A DNA stretch of 64,000 bases, from the NCBI GenBank assembly GCA_964482725.1, contig CAYZYT010000005.1, forward strand, positions 88,133 through 152,132. The letters run 5' to 3'. A model generated the notes under the pieces. The model worked only from the letters and a program-made list of their open reading frames with translations. It ran no database searches and was not told the origin of the DNA. Numbering within the stretch: position 1 is the stretch's first letter; the number at the start of each line of letters is the position of its first letter. Position numbers and translations under genes: made by a program. Shown here piece by piece: positions 36,001 to 36,455 of the stretch. The stretch comes from an uncultured bacterium. Lineage in GTDB: Bacteria > Omnitrophota > Omnitrophia > Omnitrophales > Aquincolibacteriaceae.

Positions 36001-36323
36001 CGGATGATATTGGCGATATTGCGCTGGGCTTCTTCGTTGATGTGCGCGTCCTGGATCGCGAGGACGATCGTGTCGCGACTCCCTTTGAAAGTCGACTTGA
36101 TCGTTCCGTAGCTATCCGGAAGATCCGGCCGGTCGATCAGGGAAAGAACGGCATTGGCTTTGAAGGTTTCTACCGGGGTGAGGTTCGAAGGAGTCGAGGC
36201 GGCAGCATAGGCTTTGTTGATCCCACCATCCCAAACGATCGAGGTAAAGGTAAACACACAGACCGTCAAAAACGCAACGGTCCTAAGCCAAGGCTTAAAG
36301 CTTTGTGTTTGCCAGTTGATCAT
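1..36323 (-). CDS. Giant multidomain protein (>=12,107 aa), 3' end beyond the left edge of the window
   Basis: ATG at 36323 preceded by GGAGAGG; starts MINWQTQSFKPWLRTVAFLTVCVFTFTSIVWDGGINKAYA. Hand translation of most of the region in this frame gave protein-like sequence with no stop. The ORF track reports no minus-strand ORF in this frame anywhere in 1-36323 (all its small minus ORFs are in the other two frames), as expected if the frame has no stop. The long + ORFs are codon-aligned antisense shadows. Confidence 0.93.
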   Translation of the reverse strand, partial: MINWQTQSFKPWLRTVAFLTVCVFTFTSIVWDGGINKAYAAASTPSNLTPVETFKANAVLSLIDRPDLPDSYGTIKSTFKGSRDTIVLAIQDAHINEEAQRNIANIIRYFSEKYQLKLVNLEGASGELYTELFSFFPNKDARRNVADYFLKEGRLTGPEYLAIVEKPAMTLFGVEDKDLYEENRKAYVDALQFKDRDEKILAELDKVLQGVSRFVFPEEMRELTRRRAAFQEGGPELVSYVRYLVELARKHNIALDEYPGMHSLIELVDLEKQVDFDKAEKETDDLINDMKRVLSREKLSRFLTNTVHFRMKKMKRAAYYGYLQDEIQGMSVAQTHGEDLNTKYANVLAYVKYMKLYDAIDVSIFDEIEFLEKTVKNKLFTTPEQVQLDHILRIYDIYCKMFDFTLTKQDAEFYYTYQDEFKSETFVSFLNPLMSKYHFTYGLPSQVKTLDQDLPRVERFYKAALERDQVLIERAVEKTFATGQKISAIVTGGFHTPGIEKYLREKDLSYIVVAPRITKAINKAKESALYDAALRETPLPIEKVLSEAFLVPKSPVLNDPRFQLAAKLGTPTRAELRVDGERLEFARAEVRATALQSIFRNKNVAPSVTFGEMLRAGKGVLIQEGQTFVEGASTGLKRSYFDKKWNLWVVGSRDGNGEIPVFSERSTDDRRREVSIQGAGRTVVKFGDQSMVYVMAKGILMPEEVLAQMKAQPELVAKETTHERPIEITSGVIEQKTVPAQPEPFGPKFGEVYDEAIKAAQIKSEQERQKSELALIKTNLLRLNAYLQDQGLELPQGLTAELILNAEDSENREYQAYRRLLLNLGFDLRMNEMEKISAKGVLSLPVVLRILSFLTPDKIRTVDSKMPTLIEARDLGVPINAFTITHSKETFQKLIDERLAARAVKIAAGPSGPIGANVGVEIDQALAAKQAAAEQAAARPAVVVEQKPEVKPAVAASLADLIKAAEAQPETSYRMPVVEYLKALSTEEVRQRVRDILVNNHFKGNAALLDALLKQNGVEWNSLDKAQMIRLAEMMHEAVVSQDQQARNREKMKSAEKGTAQSRKAVWVARLKSIGMKLGLVAGLGVLASFLVPVVGLIAMKVYLVIVTIALLRVAFHAFYAFYPELVEKSINRHLGLLSGEHLGKLLSLKGAALLFKNPKEWLGLVRGIAKYEFRRLSVGVSAQKLAGALASVKEKPFFGVTYSTWSDQNAKALQKFVYNGFLRWSWGKAIVHTYKYGLGSFGFQDKIKNPIAWKLASLGIDLIDGVLATVRLVLWIPMALIVIPILQFTNNRMALSTVSFIVGLTLGVFLPSIPILAGFFAFLTAMAGPNVMLVTAISGLAASATVGVLGTMFATQVILHWLRYRQKVAGYFASKRIVEMLGAGRVKEILTDMFAQHEAKQNMKSLNSYAWLLTPDVFYRLMQDPKTSPADLQQIRELYNQGAILFASDSDRYFFEIILGQNLNQRGPPQEAVPVSQKLKLSVGEELKIFFKALRLAPTLEDYGWSVTLGTFSAYALGGELGSFVGLQTGPEGGMEGGFVQVVANSDFVQEYGLQSLVDWTLVKPALFVEEDLLGVHGRVFHSGMAELTTRTGFDLQSEIIHFTSPAFAAMHVPNAELFKDVPTYYLPQLRQFVQASDGSKDSGVHQAVQSLAALMRQAPADRPSTQDLQNPSSIHHQIAQAEQYASSAISISKMTLEMRRAQYSEIEQDTMDRYGPGVETARILAEAKKQLGLDQQTVAGPVGVSPSASKWAKVKSGVEAGFAGLGALLVSSSQAAEAPMENALVVLTPPAAQPVVKAPVEAPKAPVVTPEVTVAPVVETAKVQVKAVPAPAVAVESSKERLAKAEVTVAESKKELEEAAAVMKKTSADLAKAFPAPAVAEVKPAVVVPVAPMTVKEAPKAPAEELGEEAKLAAEGTPLKPSTEPTLVMNKAARDAVAAIEAEEKAAAEKIAAQKVKEDRIAAQKAAEAAKAQKRQAAQEAAKSRAAVDTEIRTAKAERVLAIEGLDSYLQLTFAGRIDAKDAVRDVIFRGVRAEKPVDLDGILKSISALKTEGSKNGLLRVLRRTTVKEGMSEKMPDPANMKNLVTHINALRQAEQKLNDLRLKTASVAAPEVEASKTESVKTIAVNASVAAVSGTAAAVVTVAAEKLAPEAPKETPKTVAAPEKAATPAPAEKQAVKAEVKASATQEVKLPPTITKMVELRDEFSKEDKSLTDLKSQLGQAKDEKAKKELGKKIAAQEAALQDIQKETQAAVLANQKAMDAKLAPENDEIRKLQAAIIAEKAKGVTADKATIEKLTAAIVSHAKNTVDIYRGFSIPGKEAVGPEVKNWVAEGVKNGHLVKQAGIEKKIMDETYDSWSWYRRLITLDLSISYNATPRDLPLYQGHNGTSEGSSVKFDYSWVDDGSGNVTLKQANYAPDYTETYSPVAWDENGNPTVYAIIGNGDPEADTYHFENYKEVDAGTIIHLKSTDITTGRFAANINAIGGRDSGFWNLTPELRAVPVSERSPAYLTAHSNPSDQANYSRPIAEMMGFASYWAERYDNPFYSGINAKDIFGGATLPEIMDSFVKMKAEAEKRLGRDIVLTNPYDAALLTYLSRLDCYDSKNGTTLARETLKERDWDAMLVLRVEVLNLAWIRQRAVAKAESDTAKADLEIAQGETFDAIVQKFFQIAFFNAKITAKEALKTKLAQNLLDQMKTRGQDYNTQTQRQIAAAIKTVESDIVVLKTSRKLISREIVQLTGRGTEDAINIPAAKDSDKAKDSSEKSPFDGITLDSIKEVFEKEEGMPVDRVTASMARAKSLVNQKVASKSVLSGVDGTVAGQASWDLLRTLGVWNLGNEFSVDILRIDFSWSLHGLFYKERNKDKILEEAAIATELAKFSSKARAFYEDQLLLDQSLAAAKSYEAKVKSAMGAKDEVINQIMSDPSGASNRGLNLAQAYIDQEQITEDVKGAELAVSLLESRKQQYAGLDGQITKTVNDLEKQFPKRVADIQAALKAAREETLRSWAVPPKAGAKDKTPVAGNNLNEALAFATKFKGDVNSANPDFQKLLASAKPRLDEAILQAGEDRLNYNLLGWMKFSFGGGYGWGYTDRNGKDVTMIERGWKRGANIGPSLTLVTDTAYWARQNQKDLAGDSADKLVQRTATDLSATMRGWIHNIQLGAKLVGLAEREVELRNEELKKAEKAAAAERDERPISPKFEKRLAPQVGGYSWAAQMKMKDAQANLDIAEAKLEATQNNLSKVMLQFKIYTFGKDTNAVDFLEGTETLGVQKAAVEEQSGKALRASVTGVLGAKHAASAESVFKEIDQLIALGQNADQIVKHLGWLGEKGDRGLVFSRRGNPAVFTDADLAKLKGPVQARIDAQTKIKGFAEAEKLVVTSPWLFLDADGKVKDTAGIQAFSASVGATVAQIKVLRDELSPWFGKMSPENSARVLKLDKLSKDMIKVQTGLQEVVNWKSEATGEDAVKKDRAMRLNRLQEVTRQFLHASVDAAKMSDFVKNEMEKIYKDAKEGTLSALELKKRLNFAVKYLQEQEELFQQIHGAGEKLSSISTISPVTEILRKLDLIQLHGQKAREYLMGAKWRFGAKGSLALGYDEIGTSSTKPGVMPIIGPAYWWGDRLLDHIPIVGNFASRVIGIDQTATEENIQREVIDMQVGVISAEDTLDSFDRMASLAPGEVAILKRQYEGLKAGLSAAVAAWIDQRERIIAGSEISLVNSSADDNDTTRSERELGELLKLQEKMEHVNGQIRDAISRLGNHAIYSEAIAQVMVPTADVVTAEHETGQGPYTGKVLDWQKITAAGDQVSKKPVISVEAMAASTAAVKIAELEAQLATFAAQYNGRLETSVSSSGLEDPMSSPLAIPLDNKTVIGFYDANGNRGALDENGKWLESETVKGTPSERAFTTTVDLGGAIFNFQGRAYQLRAQAADLKVTAVTQAQIKAIAEADHKYQAQLSRIEGLEPKQREMVYSILYGIRGREDILFASSGEKNAARGDAHSAALSFMEARNFLNEKRRELFDSAGMVLERRPSVGTPFQAEHPQFMNIDEFSKKLTTPEGVAGLKSDLGISGKGDPMTGALRKELAALQSLRSGIHSSQFSSVWARLGYDSDAFRAKIGYNLRLMGGDYFLRLRMNEYQQEKKADQIEESGKAIFFEMERNLISLESTAKQMELARENLQILLDGWEENQKSTSLGRVGGDAGLDYERKLVAAYQAYHDVGEAHTWNWTNFSLFLLRGQIDPTVLGVAVEASRAASWETVKARTEAQQKAEKPAKADELLTAYGKEINLDQTGPTRKLISEADQRPEFEPKALELMKAMDVPAVKKAEEARKAFGLGDVKDAAKEKELVANRVKEVETALKEAATVRGSAYAAFLAQKKIVDALQREYDRLTPTAEAAPSIQSSLLSTAKETRENVGKKLNAATKALEPFEKSHNAAKTKYKEAEASMLKVYTDIKAMGAAQSLDTLLAKILGANADAHNLVLTLKTDGILERYLDPLAKAAEDDRDNHVLDQLLSNQGSFIFLASDLIGALNANSLKGNGLADGWDQGKLDALRVRLQKGEAVTPEVWADALNLILAGRMRAGDYKSIQGNPEILGRLDSEATVLLAKALDPKAALTPRETERLNRRLLEAIYPKEIKKIQNQTLQSFWEQDISASFLSDPATGDALKKAGISLRYLGFLDFVVARHVDWALKSPDFLEKAKIEATPEAARKWFLELLGSLVKSRDLLQEYYRALPDTAFPEDMDKGTQAKLKLGIQLDINAPAEFGMIWGLAYDAKLRPEVIDLNKGKAIFDQKVTETHKGHTVTRPYKDILNENFPNYSLNKRWRAVQDRRVNSDESSYGEKESWDFRAIVDGTYTPPELEQLQKSVEAQLKKESGETLTKEEEPMILTKEQERDLLKRLAQHPLLNAATAVAQGKPMRELLAEGSETMSAKDKQRHYALIHDSIGTVAVKHIDQDQTVEQARTLAVRAALRQSGIPKEHWATIAYAIGDMKTLMADPNNIPVPNEGFDALTTLRQIASGVEMKDARGNPLDLKAKQQLEKKKMQELSEDTFVNSPGAFAARQSLTHLRQKGSAMSLRDKMDSYDLIETSMVDAKEGQELGRAMGLLNELLYGVGYERITDRNLWTDKKLNVRLKEMKETLGVVFNLSRGLRDLTAKKNWPGNNERFNLGDDDTGDKFGFMMAIGRKLRSGGLTGEDTGFRDILNNDGSIKDESKAWTLFYVLADPDLGAPMIEKYLTDTDKDTGEYAAKSDRSKPGDIMAVARDLAWKIEEDRAAKSGKEVSKNVVRDPAEILREAEAVIGRRVVIYNASRQEGLSPQVKATREQLDAEDVNIQKLMQGKTWDHKEFCKAYYQWVSTVLDAKEMAGLSLKNRLEGYSDPKAPRPFWMSEGERLRILQRITKDKDGKRALMNEPYSPNEAKAWISEQVNWGLAKLGEKDAAETKEAILRRVESEMYLQAVNSLYPVVGQSGEESLVRGELSAYSRNVMFREAIYPQMKLTGEALEFYARLLAGRGLLAAAVEGRYLTMNPYDATARLEATKTLAADEKRKADIDAKTDLTKEQKESLIKPIEDEINVLKAFVAAGNSDIAVNFPKEIAKRLREFGFVVDKNNPEKLVKTGKLTEEEAAKANDAMIAWVRAHHSAWASEKIFGAVSRELEMQVWGHRNFPEKEGAMMARIYDWLSDAAIVDAALYSAYGNFSAPEALPGLVRGARNGRLQISEYEISRIKRRYATELFQDIDTRPAGTYEPMRAYRFLYRQVFGMDIPPSQSKAESGRVLGMDWGVKMMAEIKARKTKTLDEREVLEYNPAQAEAVIYELMISMKEAKESLGRAVFGRTSDLAKFADYSKIDEEKFLNDFAGWFIGHYAEQKERQALESAGKRHDDKSEYSKYSEYMISQKRREREAARQANLERIQGEFQRSSYEKVLEFFLTGVATSKDLNAKNADPYQELHDFLLTGNGKYQGLDTVIESLNPVIDAANKEIDAANAKPGMKPEDKVSRIATIQVDGEEKIGLVGEMLRTGDSAEETVFFNGVVLPLVCKMMGAKDSDGQLTDRIGKVSNKETRARIQHRAREILEQAAAISAKDDPAALLMNIRERATFFKKVQSRELLLKGPAGRFLEFKDLMKYSAKQFNDEVQRIAEDSANRDIPEKYLTDWLALAKTLRANAITAGINNPDVKRILYEADGMLKLGLAEQPDRLVWDAETVEGLMQGTLDSFFGTKNVLSPYNRLPQGVQKMLQELNRLETAPVSAENQKKIELLRKETASLVKEYSRDGYADPQRMWVDRIINRDKKKLSLEALMDEKWPDAKTKDTARQELKARLQTLLIANAISPLDLYNFMQRVNDKYQLLLDVSYEASREQKIRPSDLPSPKVESPLRIALLEDLQNSDPSKRIGLFELLFSKEIPSTEYLAQDQLVNDKFAAITRRLNMDFMNDKSQPFVKAEKVWFSRYFNFENLQAPLAGIFSIAFLAAFLAFVFRSIRAVFFEKYKFSKKSASPDAGPSVPSSSVAGETSAARTSEPSTGVRSELRQDGLTGAQKQWLFSRRLADFRINLAKMLFAFTDITIIGWALASVSPWAVAVFASVIIASMFVFKRLYNSLSETFFSTLLARPKGFILLAGTAVAGVLVSDLFFKTAILAGLKIWFGLNPFALVFVVVPILLLILMSPLVDKQSGLIIDDVDPKGWEKSDGEVDAIIDDIQAVGAAKRERKDVTAAGESVVTVEDRIRKNLGEPMDLNEVLDKDKNFMAKLEKKGLSVKFDKGELVAFVCPWLMEKDPDVLDNVVEALARILIGNNFKQTRVVLMAGSRGWGADEQKISEEIHKRIMPFWDYLEYQDGARTVKGHERIVIAYFPGDRKPARNVIMWGAFTGYGEDGTPGKYSGDLAGTSKGSVFEYRLGKKGNYLGRQVLIGTRTALEAYKGDPVNKGKIETDALLLDFPLLSNPYIRGIATPETPFLDYSVAKETNAIKDFLPREEKDENGDPIPKVRFSTTVDGGNFAFSGSVPYFTRALADRPDVGVLQGATFYRSKGASMGWIQGRAIHKMLFRTQLFAAALSNYNRAFGKYTIPTKIARLMARQMKGFVWNPYYTRILLLSGFVFRELERQFPTETAVKELTQEKLADTTTKGVMNADNGLGGKYNGEDELVTATPSDSWEIIRYAHANIDKIRKYKEMQARNAGSFTLFLYRTFVLGSRMIVMNRMPWNPVALDSLPLAYFEELATTQAPMQGVNSALLVRADSKGLIGDDRDSSFLSTAKKSAKWLLSNDIPTLHLRFFGRSFALTKPSKFFNDKPTGGIFSNPLWRSTLFFMLVAAVIPGIYGVTAVYAAQLLTFFILGGVIATPLLGALLNWIESWGVKGPGMEKRPESKLGKVGAWAAKLFRPVIDFIEWTDEKGEPIYLSSVFDIWDQSEVSEAIGRLHRFGESPGAQPADIIMRTETPTKYFYPSTTRRGFMVGFFMITMLVGIGMGAATGITFAAGVLLVVPVISFLFKMGLRSEEYKHRLKTFLEKSWLVKNDKSNPGFNENFARFLGNTSADHIKEAAADIAAARVLPGGEKTVEDALKIAIKEFMASDRSSSLKWFKFLYKESWRAQKDSIGKPPYEAREFRRIGTSMLLVAATLAAVGFGLPWFSVWIPFFYVLLAMPLWYATFIKPFSDYQSGYVFPQKVATALMRIRGVASILATIAFWRWDVMQHFFGLFNQIFMKDSFFITAGSGIGGMDGAPGLFQLGLQGNSAWIMIWVVFLVASYTVRILGFLGVFGWDFVQRKKLSGVSNDELLRIKEDTSDVRMAVAGMLLKEQKESKEKAEAQLNDIAGEKSRLLKDLEKAKGKRSQEGVATDEENEILEKLVKLAAGVKKLGKKSEPFVARDAKLWKPVVDKIEVLQKEFDATPRPAAQSSQEGQPSARSELRRNVAKKLMLAAVVGMMAVSVKASDMVPAATNSAIVQVTSQVPPLNALSKENEARFQEAMRNLEASDPAVSSYAARTLGELKDLRAVPALFQALNTWDTDMRLAVEEALDKMKDPRVVPVLIPFSRGYSLDDWHTRVRVTARKILETFKTPEYVHAFIDALGDSNPDVSVYAANTLGKLKDLRAVPALTVALRSRNDNLRLAAFEALGDLGQLKDPRVVSALIDALNNSNDLDVSYDAAEALGELKDPRAIPGLFQAVAADYQWPDVRHKAFEALSKFDLRGMDWVRYQFLAHPILTTLTIGVTGIFVFILAFLVVRLIVFSVWRISSPISWYLWRLHQAKFQSDAAKHLQMIGSPAAPALLKTLNDKDFYVRALAVQVLGNMKEKSMTLVFVGMLSDEFEHVRDSAIHALRGLNAFSDLGKQLNSKYPDVRRAAADALGDLRDTDAVPSLMAALKDRFVSDSVVTALEKIGDPRSADAVSAYKEMLTREAKELAEREESERLERERQAEQSTSSEDNDQEPRPSWNILGFRSFVPLPLLGLANENGFTQMFHQMRVVWERSPLEFFSNMAMDIGIIASIYGVSWGIKHGMAWLRTFGGKLTRFPNAARFIEAEVVKFADKQIAGLPTSLNGAGTFLSDGPYYRVAWLNIPDSKLLQIEQLLAEDRKPTLTFVPEGNEIQIGWKESTQEDGSNLDGSGAEIKFTGSENKSWQGSFAVNVARSEVRTFTPAERAAANEKGLALVKGLALRAAYSATTGTWTPVASDSELSEMDFHAMIVMGSADKRVPVEARRIAKIVKEKNPGMLIVTSGKYGPPEKVLLALNEPDGKGGRMTEAQYFKNVMESGLDRVQVDIMEDQSTTSGQNIRNSGKLLLPRLPKLPTGQKLRILVVTMPGLEAKGAAVAVTDLKKDAGAAYTGTEIEVVGYASYIPEIADIAALSDEDAVAWFNIWLGEADKLEAWPNHKAKDGTPDPWSVPVPRSPEVQSAIDYLSALPQLVTVLDNAAKEVSLDGFEAAFETAWKANPYVKSKESLIPKREPKGKVELAIDKTSQGKPNTNKLKPNRPTDLNRFYFRKFQKDFDARGILFRIPQAFGRKYFMVAPQDLTVPFHTLLISDDETIRPNILTQGDLETALAIAAENRRMKFLQNTEWYTAEQLHMHVTTEKLPFERLERSADEIGMNGAVTLSHVKDWPVSHVMFTGVNGKQIAESAMKLIQVLQADQIPHWTMISAGRVVVFMGKPNTPIAAVGAILGANHTVHVLEAAGIVTVMPEKKYLPDGEVVEALKAASLEWNSVEDLLAKASLIVRSSLGFVNVRTTVEGKVEKAAGDEDTLTFTNAAGQALRVHKVVAGTRTYVKIGNRTYYVRSDMKPKLDALYKQAVINIAGSSNKENVNAAIASAKAAVAIVQELKTQFPMTSGGNKYIPYPIQIEIDSLITSLSKLVRILETKEPYYDSHLDKGTMTKGFYAAETWESAEYVRASAYNLMEALKPKLDAEVVKNLEEIDLDAVAADPLTRLGNVALEQFYAGQTVTFAGNPSVELTAANFSLQPDLVAPAVPAAEVAKAVKLLESMKAGLKGQELPKAELNELLRAISIAGTQTGPRVGNLTLEPDAVEYTLAMEVLDLVGETKGLTEGEIKLINQLRGILIMTQFGFDDDREAEFLKGLAAGTYSKEKNLYYNQPPLSGRGKAVKLTVLPSPRKANKAVIGSVEEIYSGEDMPGQDYKGRRVIPSEALSGFATAGEEAMNHLVSIIAAAGAASRFGGTPKAGYKMLKIVPNDGSAPIYLSFLQAKLALMHGLNEQMPIWVTSSFLSDPIIRGLLEQQPDAGAGHYKLIRQEVSHRLDQATMKPLVFSNGEVSLVSGVGHGSNVQQILLNRAVLADALRQGKVIATIGNIDNVAQRPNVRILGMMWESIKAGRPVSVIGEISAKEPNDAGGIPVIADYRDEKTGKMTQDIDLREDAEHLKDLPPNAPKGTKAESYIEDAAANDSFNPANYYVYLPALLTLIGVLTPEDLLQADWRETAAKALRNYEALSDKDLADRVRGLWKELPTYTTTGKKVSDPVTGKEVVAAYPEQMQQNPLFRLIPGKKAFVAGVRDGADNIFTPTKDLKAVEDQQPAWEKIFNLSPAMIDGKLLSSFGKVVPMTAEEMATINAQRSESRKAAAAPETYPQVFDVYDPATTQLHFLADANQSDKPYATSLAANIPWESIENPLLSELDLAKQTMAFYSYHNLFHNGWFVAFDGKSRRLLAPSDEPVAARTYSMFVYWKSGKATSEDLQFVRDAGKSTARVYRASDVLRQYDLSNEIQFAIFGQRLIENGQTVSLDKIMAQTTDVFQVYNIPQFFDETPKADGTPVYGPALGRDQVTKEITQVAGRNGYIEIDLKPYFSAAERQKDPRFAKYIAENATPEQVTQAIVRGALGNWLWQYRAVEPTAGYNMKPGEYFIQDNILHVKMTPAKYPHNLIGITQSGKIVSVVLTGKKYALDGKGYSFEEVQEVIARKMRESGDPIKSVFLLANSKDAFKRVDGKFVDAESSWNPYAVGTAGLAFVTERPVAVRAEVRDVSMISVDEMRANPVKIGTTDLTEAWIQAVRDGVLQNVGMDEETGDQIEYGLRFVERDGKGYVQYFAKDLKTGQDMAGIMDEKKIQNLTVRYLGYRKFRPGFTAKPKEFGLHSEATCSFCSRTEKLESLNLFNRKALAEVEVNGRLWKVYYNISPIEARGSFLLVPDVSVLANRRGQAITAEDLQDVAALSTKLDNATLDYNGLYAGASQNHIHFKLTAKNPEFFKVREQSEHLANESEPLAELEEKGVAVDGIKEYSAFVTRWSAAESGNVALKLFPVIDFLQTDPRFSLNLQWIKGKAYLWMRDRSNELTSEFPGVKIGSEAVKDFFVSETREAYDAFTVENLLSASRKAFLAKDQTLLYLNQVLGARSESRNPYVAGRIEFDEKWLAKAVSTPEKDYDQKIIVTTPITVPAVGRVLDRNTGRLFHPDRRPTVVAGGKGRGSMGRLMDIAPALKAALHVSTLSAAALRNIRTLGLLMSGESTRLQLFSMERYKNKGLTPNAGGWLGVEQSLAQRGIFTDPDVTEGLDIVSIDAAIAGALPTQLPPVVDPVFDEAGSLVRAGENGMVVYGQETTWADPRLYELGVFAIPSSGASNGRILMGIEKPSKDLLLQIKHESGAFGKNSPMISHGNYHFSWPAYLWLLERGEEIDAAFPGHPALNFVEALFEAATFGKQYPEEYRKRRTSGDMTHPDLGDIPGLLDAVKAMADDANKAFGMSFVNLGADAIYLHANTPEQTWEITQELYKNENMRRRLGIGIVPDLEGKEGDLWYADKVSEDIRKRFPGRIIGPKVRIAQNVKIEANAIVDGATVLEEGSIVDGFVQNVSGQAMVPKGAAAVSVRVPGQRFDAWSGHFLLQLFIPKQASVQSVLIQIPTGTQIWQKVGNGQSWAESVILYEGMTLAQLMPLADSDIVTEVEAKAFSSENLNSQTVDELSRGVKAVLTQAKVKDFSAVSRAELRDQDLPTVSLEDFVKSDFKGPIVLGGTGMIGSHWLDTLVRAEGQRVAIPLRSQGPETHIANLRRVYEDLKAAGLAERVVLVDMGDRMDPRKMDQTGTAYQAMKQLMGKATAIYHLAAQTSTRREAVTKGSVEKESPSEFIVRTYVVNVFYTKLIARIAKELGVPMAYSSSQAIFALNPLFKEPMKEPVTEETPIPFDVTTQKFMDDLTGKFDAYVAEYVSGRATMAPEQFTKELLEQTRVARLDNPAIQENLFQIVGDGLTPYWAAKVKEYNLKDQPELDKALKDLEVKYPLALVFGNYAISKLLPEKDVLGLSQGKGIVFRFVNVFGKGMHPNNVLQNNLDDLTKLIQGKVKLMALHTTQVMREFMAALELAGPVGALTMVLARLLTQSFKKNLIIHVGTGEVISLEEALMQGSEAMGIDLRAVKDQIPHHIDKPYTEQPVMSYDRLKTELGEQAQPKMNVAEGTKAEFPELTGTAKRSEIKTAAVAAAKSVEATRFETEILPSIVNPRINAIESRLILSIMDILGIKTNVLPSFKGYGSHIIEYNPADGFDAPHIAERLKLSPAGSKFIVVAKKSDQAVVEAELGKLVKEDRFELSFGDDVASLLQRLVENEMSRLGIAADSFKTNHDVLQAVVEDGVDSKKLLTASALLNQFVEVVTVTGSRTKLSIAFQYSAA
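610..2030 (-). other. Giant-protein domain: NAD-dependent epimerase/dehydratase (extended SDR)
   Basis: IVLGGTGMIGSH (GxxGxxG), IYHLAA, YSSSQAIF, YAISK (YxxxK), FRFVNVFG, HVGTGE; carries an insertion before YxxxK. Confidence 0.88.
2050..3785 (-). other. Giant-protein domain: FPGT/Fkp-like sugar-1-phosphate guanylyltransferase with C-terminal beta-helix
   Basis: DYDQKIIVT, GKGRGSMG, GLLMSGESTRL...NKG, LGVFAI...IEKPS, HANTPE, then hexapeptide-like IIGPKVRIAQNVKIEANAIVDGATVLEEGSIVDG. Confidence 0.6.
3805..4905 (-). other. Giant-protein domain: GDPGP1/VTC2-like (HIT superfamily) GDP-hexose phosphorylase
   Basis: CSFC, YYNISPIEARGSFLLVP and DYNGLYAGASQNHIHF match the NxSP...LLVP and N...AS.NHxHF motifs. 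Confidence 0.75.
4925..6100 (-). other. Giant-protein domain: NAGPA-like phosphodiester glycosidase (divergent)
   Basis: AIFGQRLIENG and YPHNLIGITQSGKIVSVVLTGKK...GYSFEEVQE...SVFLLANSKD (canonical LDGGGS is replaced). Confidence 0.55.
6130..7560 (-). other. Giant-protein domain: UDPGP-family (UGPase/UAP-type) sugar-1-phosphate uridylyltransferase
   Basis: IIAAAGAASRFGGTPK, PIWVTSS, GVGHGS, TIGNIDN, DAGGIP, SFNPANYYV, IFTPTK occur in the canonical order for this family. Confidence 0.8.
8700..9560 (-). other. Giant-protein domain: divergent HIT-like nucleotide phosphorylase (GDPGP1/Ap4A-phosphorylase-like)
   Basis: FHTLLISDDETIRPNILTQGDL...FLQNTEWYTAEQLHMHVTTEKLPFE; layout parallels the domain at 3805-4905. 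Confidence 0.5.
9620..10400 (-). other. Giant-protein domain: YdcF/DUF218 (SanA/ElyC-like)
   Basis: AMIVMGSADKRV...LIVTSGKYG...MTEAQYF...IMEDQSTTSGQNIRNS...RILVVT follows the DUF218 motif order. Confidence 0.75.
11150..12420 (-). other. Giant-protein module: HEAT/PBS-lyase-like repeats split by a TM helix
   Basis: Repeats such as YAARTLGELKDLRAVPALFQAL, YAANTLGKLKDLRAVPALTVAL, DAAEALGELKDPRAIPGLFQA, VRRAAADALGDLRDTDAVPSLMAALKD; TM LTIGVTGIFVFILAFLVVRLIVFSVW at about 11620-11700. Confidence 0.9.
12603..16727 (-). other. Giant-protein module: membrane-embedded GT2-like (OpgH/Cgs-type glucan synthase-like) domain with degenerate motifs
   Basis: TM helices, then LVAFVCPWLME, LGKKGNYL, FSTTVDGGN...FTRALADRPDVGVLQG, AFGKYTI, KKSAKWLLSND, then several more TM helices. 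Confidence 0.5.
23580..29340 (-). other. Giant-protein region: six tandem TolC/OEP-like repeats
   Basis: Six units, each an amphipathic beta-hairpin followed by a long helical hairpin (detailed in findings). Confidence 0.6.
29400..30960 (-). other. Giant-protein segment: Pro/Ala/Val/Lys/Glu-rich low-complexity stalk with coiled coils
   Basis: e.g. PPAAQPVVKAPVEAPKAPVVTPEVTVAPVVETAKV and AAIEAEEKAAAEKIAAQKVKEDRIAAQKAAEAAKAQK. Confidence 0.8.
31700..33120 (-). other. Giant-protein segment: multi-pass transmembrane block
   Basis: Hydrophobic stretches LGLVAGLGVLASFLVPVVGLIAMKVYLVIVTIALL, LVLWIPMALIVIPIL, VSFIVGLTLGVFLPSIPILAGFFAFLTAMAG, VMLVTAISGLAASATVGVLGTMFATQVIL. Confidence 0.75.
34700..36200 (-). 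other. Giant-protein domain: N-terminal Tiki/TraB/EreA/ChaN-like domain
   Basis: Motifs VLAIQDAHINEEAQRNIA, LVNLEGASG, LFGVED and FYKAALERDQVLI...AIVTGGFHTPGIEKYLREKDLSYIVVAP. These resemble the H...E...R(N/D)...GxxH pattern of this superfamily. Confidence 0.6.
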
Positions 36324-36426
36324 CGGATTGCCGTCCTCTCCATAAGCCGATTAGAACTGCTCTTGTACTACCAAGCTCTTGAGTCACCATTAAAACTTAT
36401 TTCAACATCTTATTAACCTCAATAGA

Positions 36427-36455
36427 AATATACACAATGGAAGCTCTACAGTCAA
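36427..36455 (-). promoter_or_regulatory. sigma70-like promoter of the giant gene
   Basis: Minus strand TTGACT (36455-36450), 17-bp spacer, TATATT (36432-36427), about 100 nt upstream of the ATG, in an AT-rich intergenic region. Confidence 0.65.

Noticed and set aside
1-36323. NRPS/PKS, RTX/cadherin adhesin, alternative genetic code, or prophage as the explanation for the 'empty' 36 kb
   Set aside because: No such motifs or phage genes were seen in the translated parts. The standard code gives an open frame, and neighbouring genes end in TAA, TAG and TGA normally.
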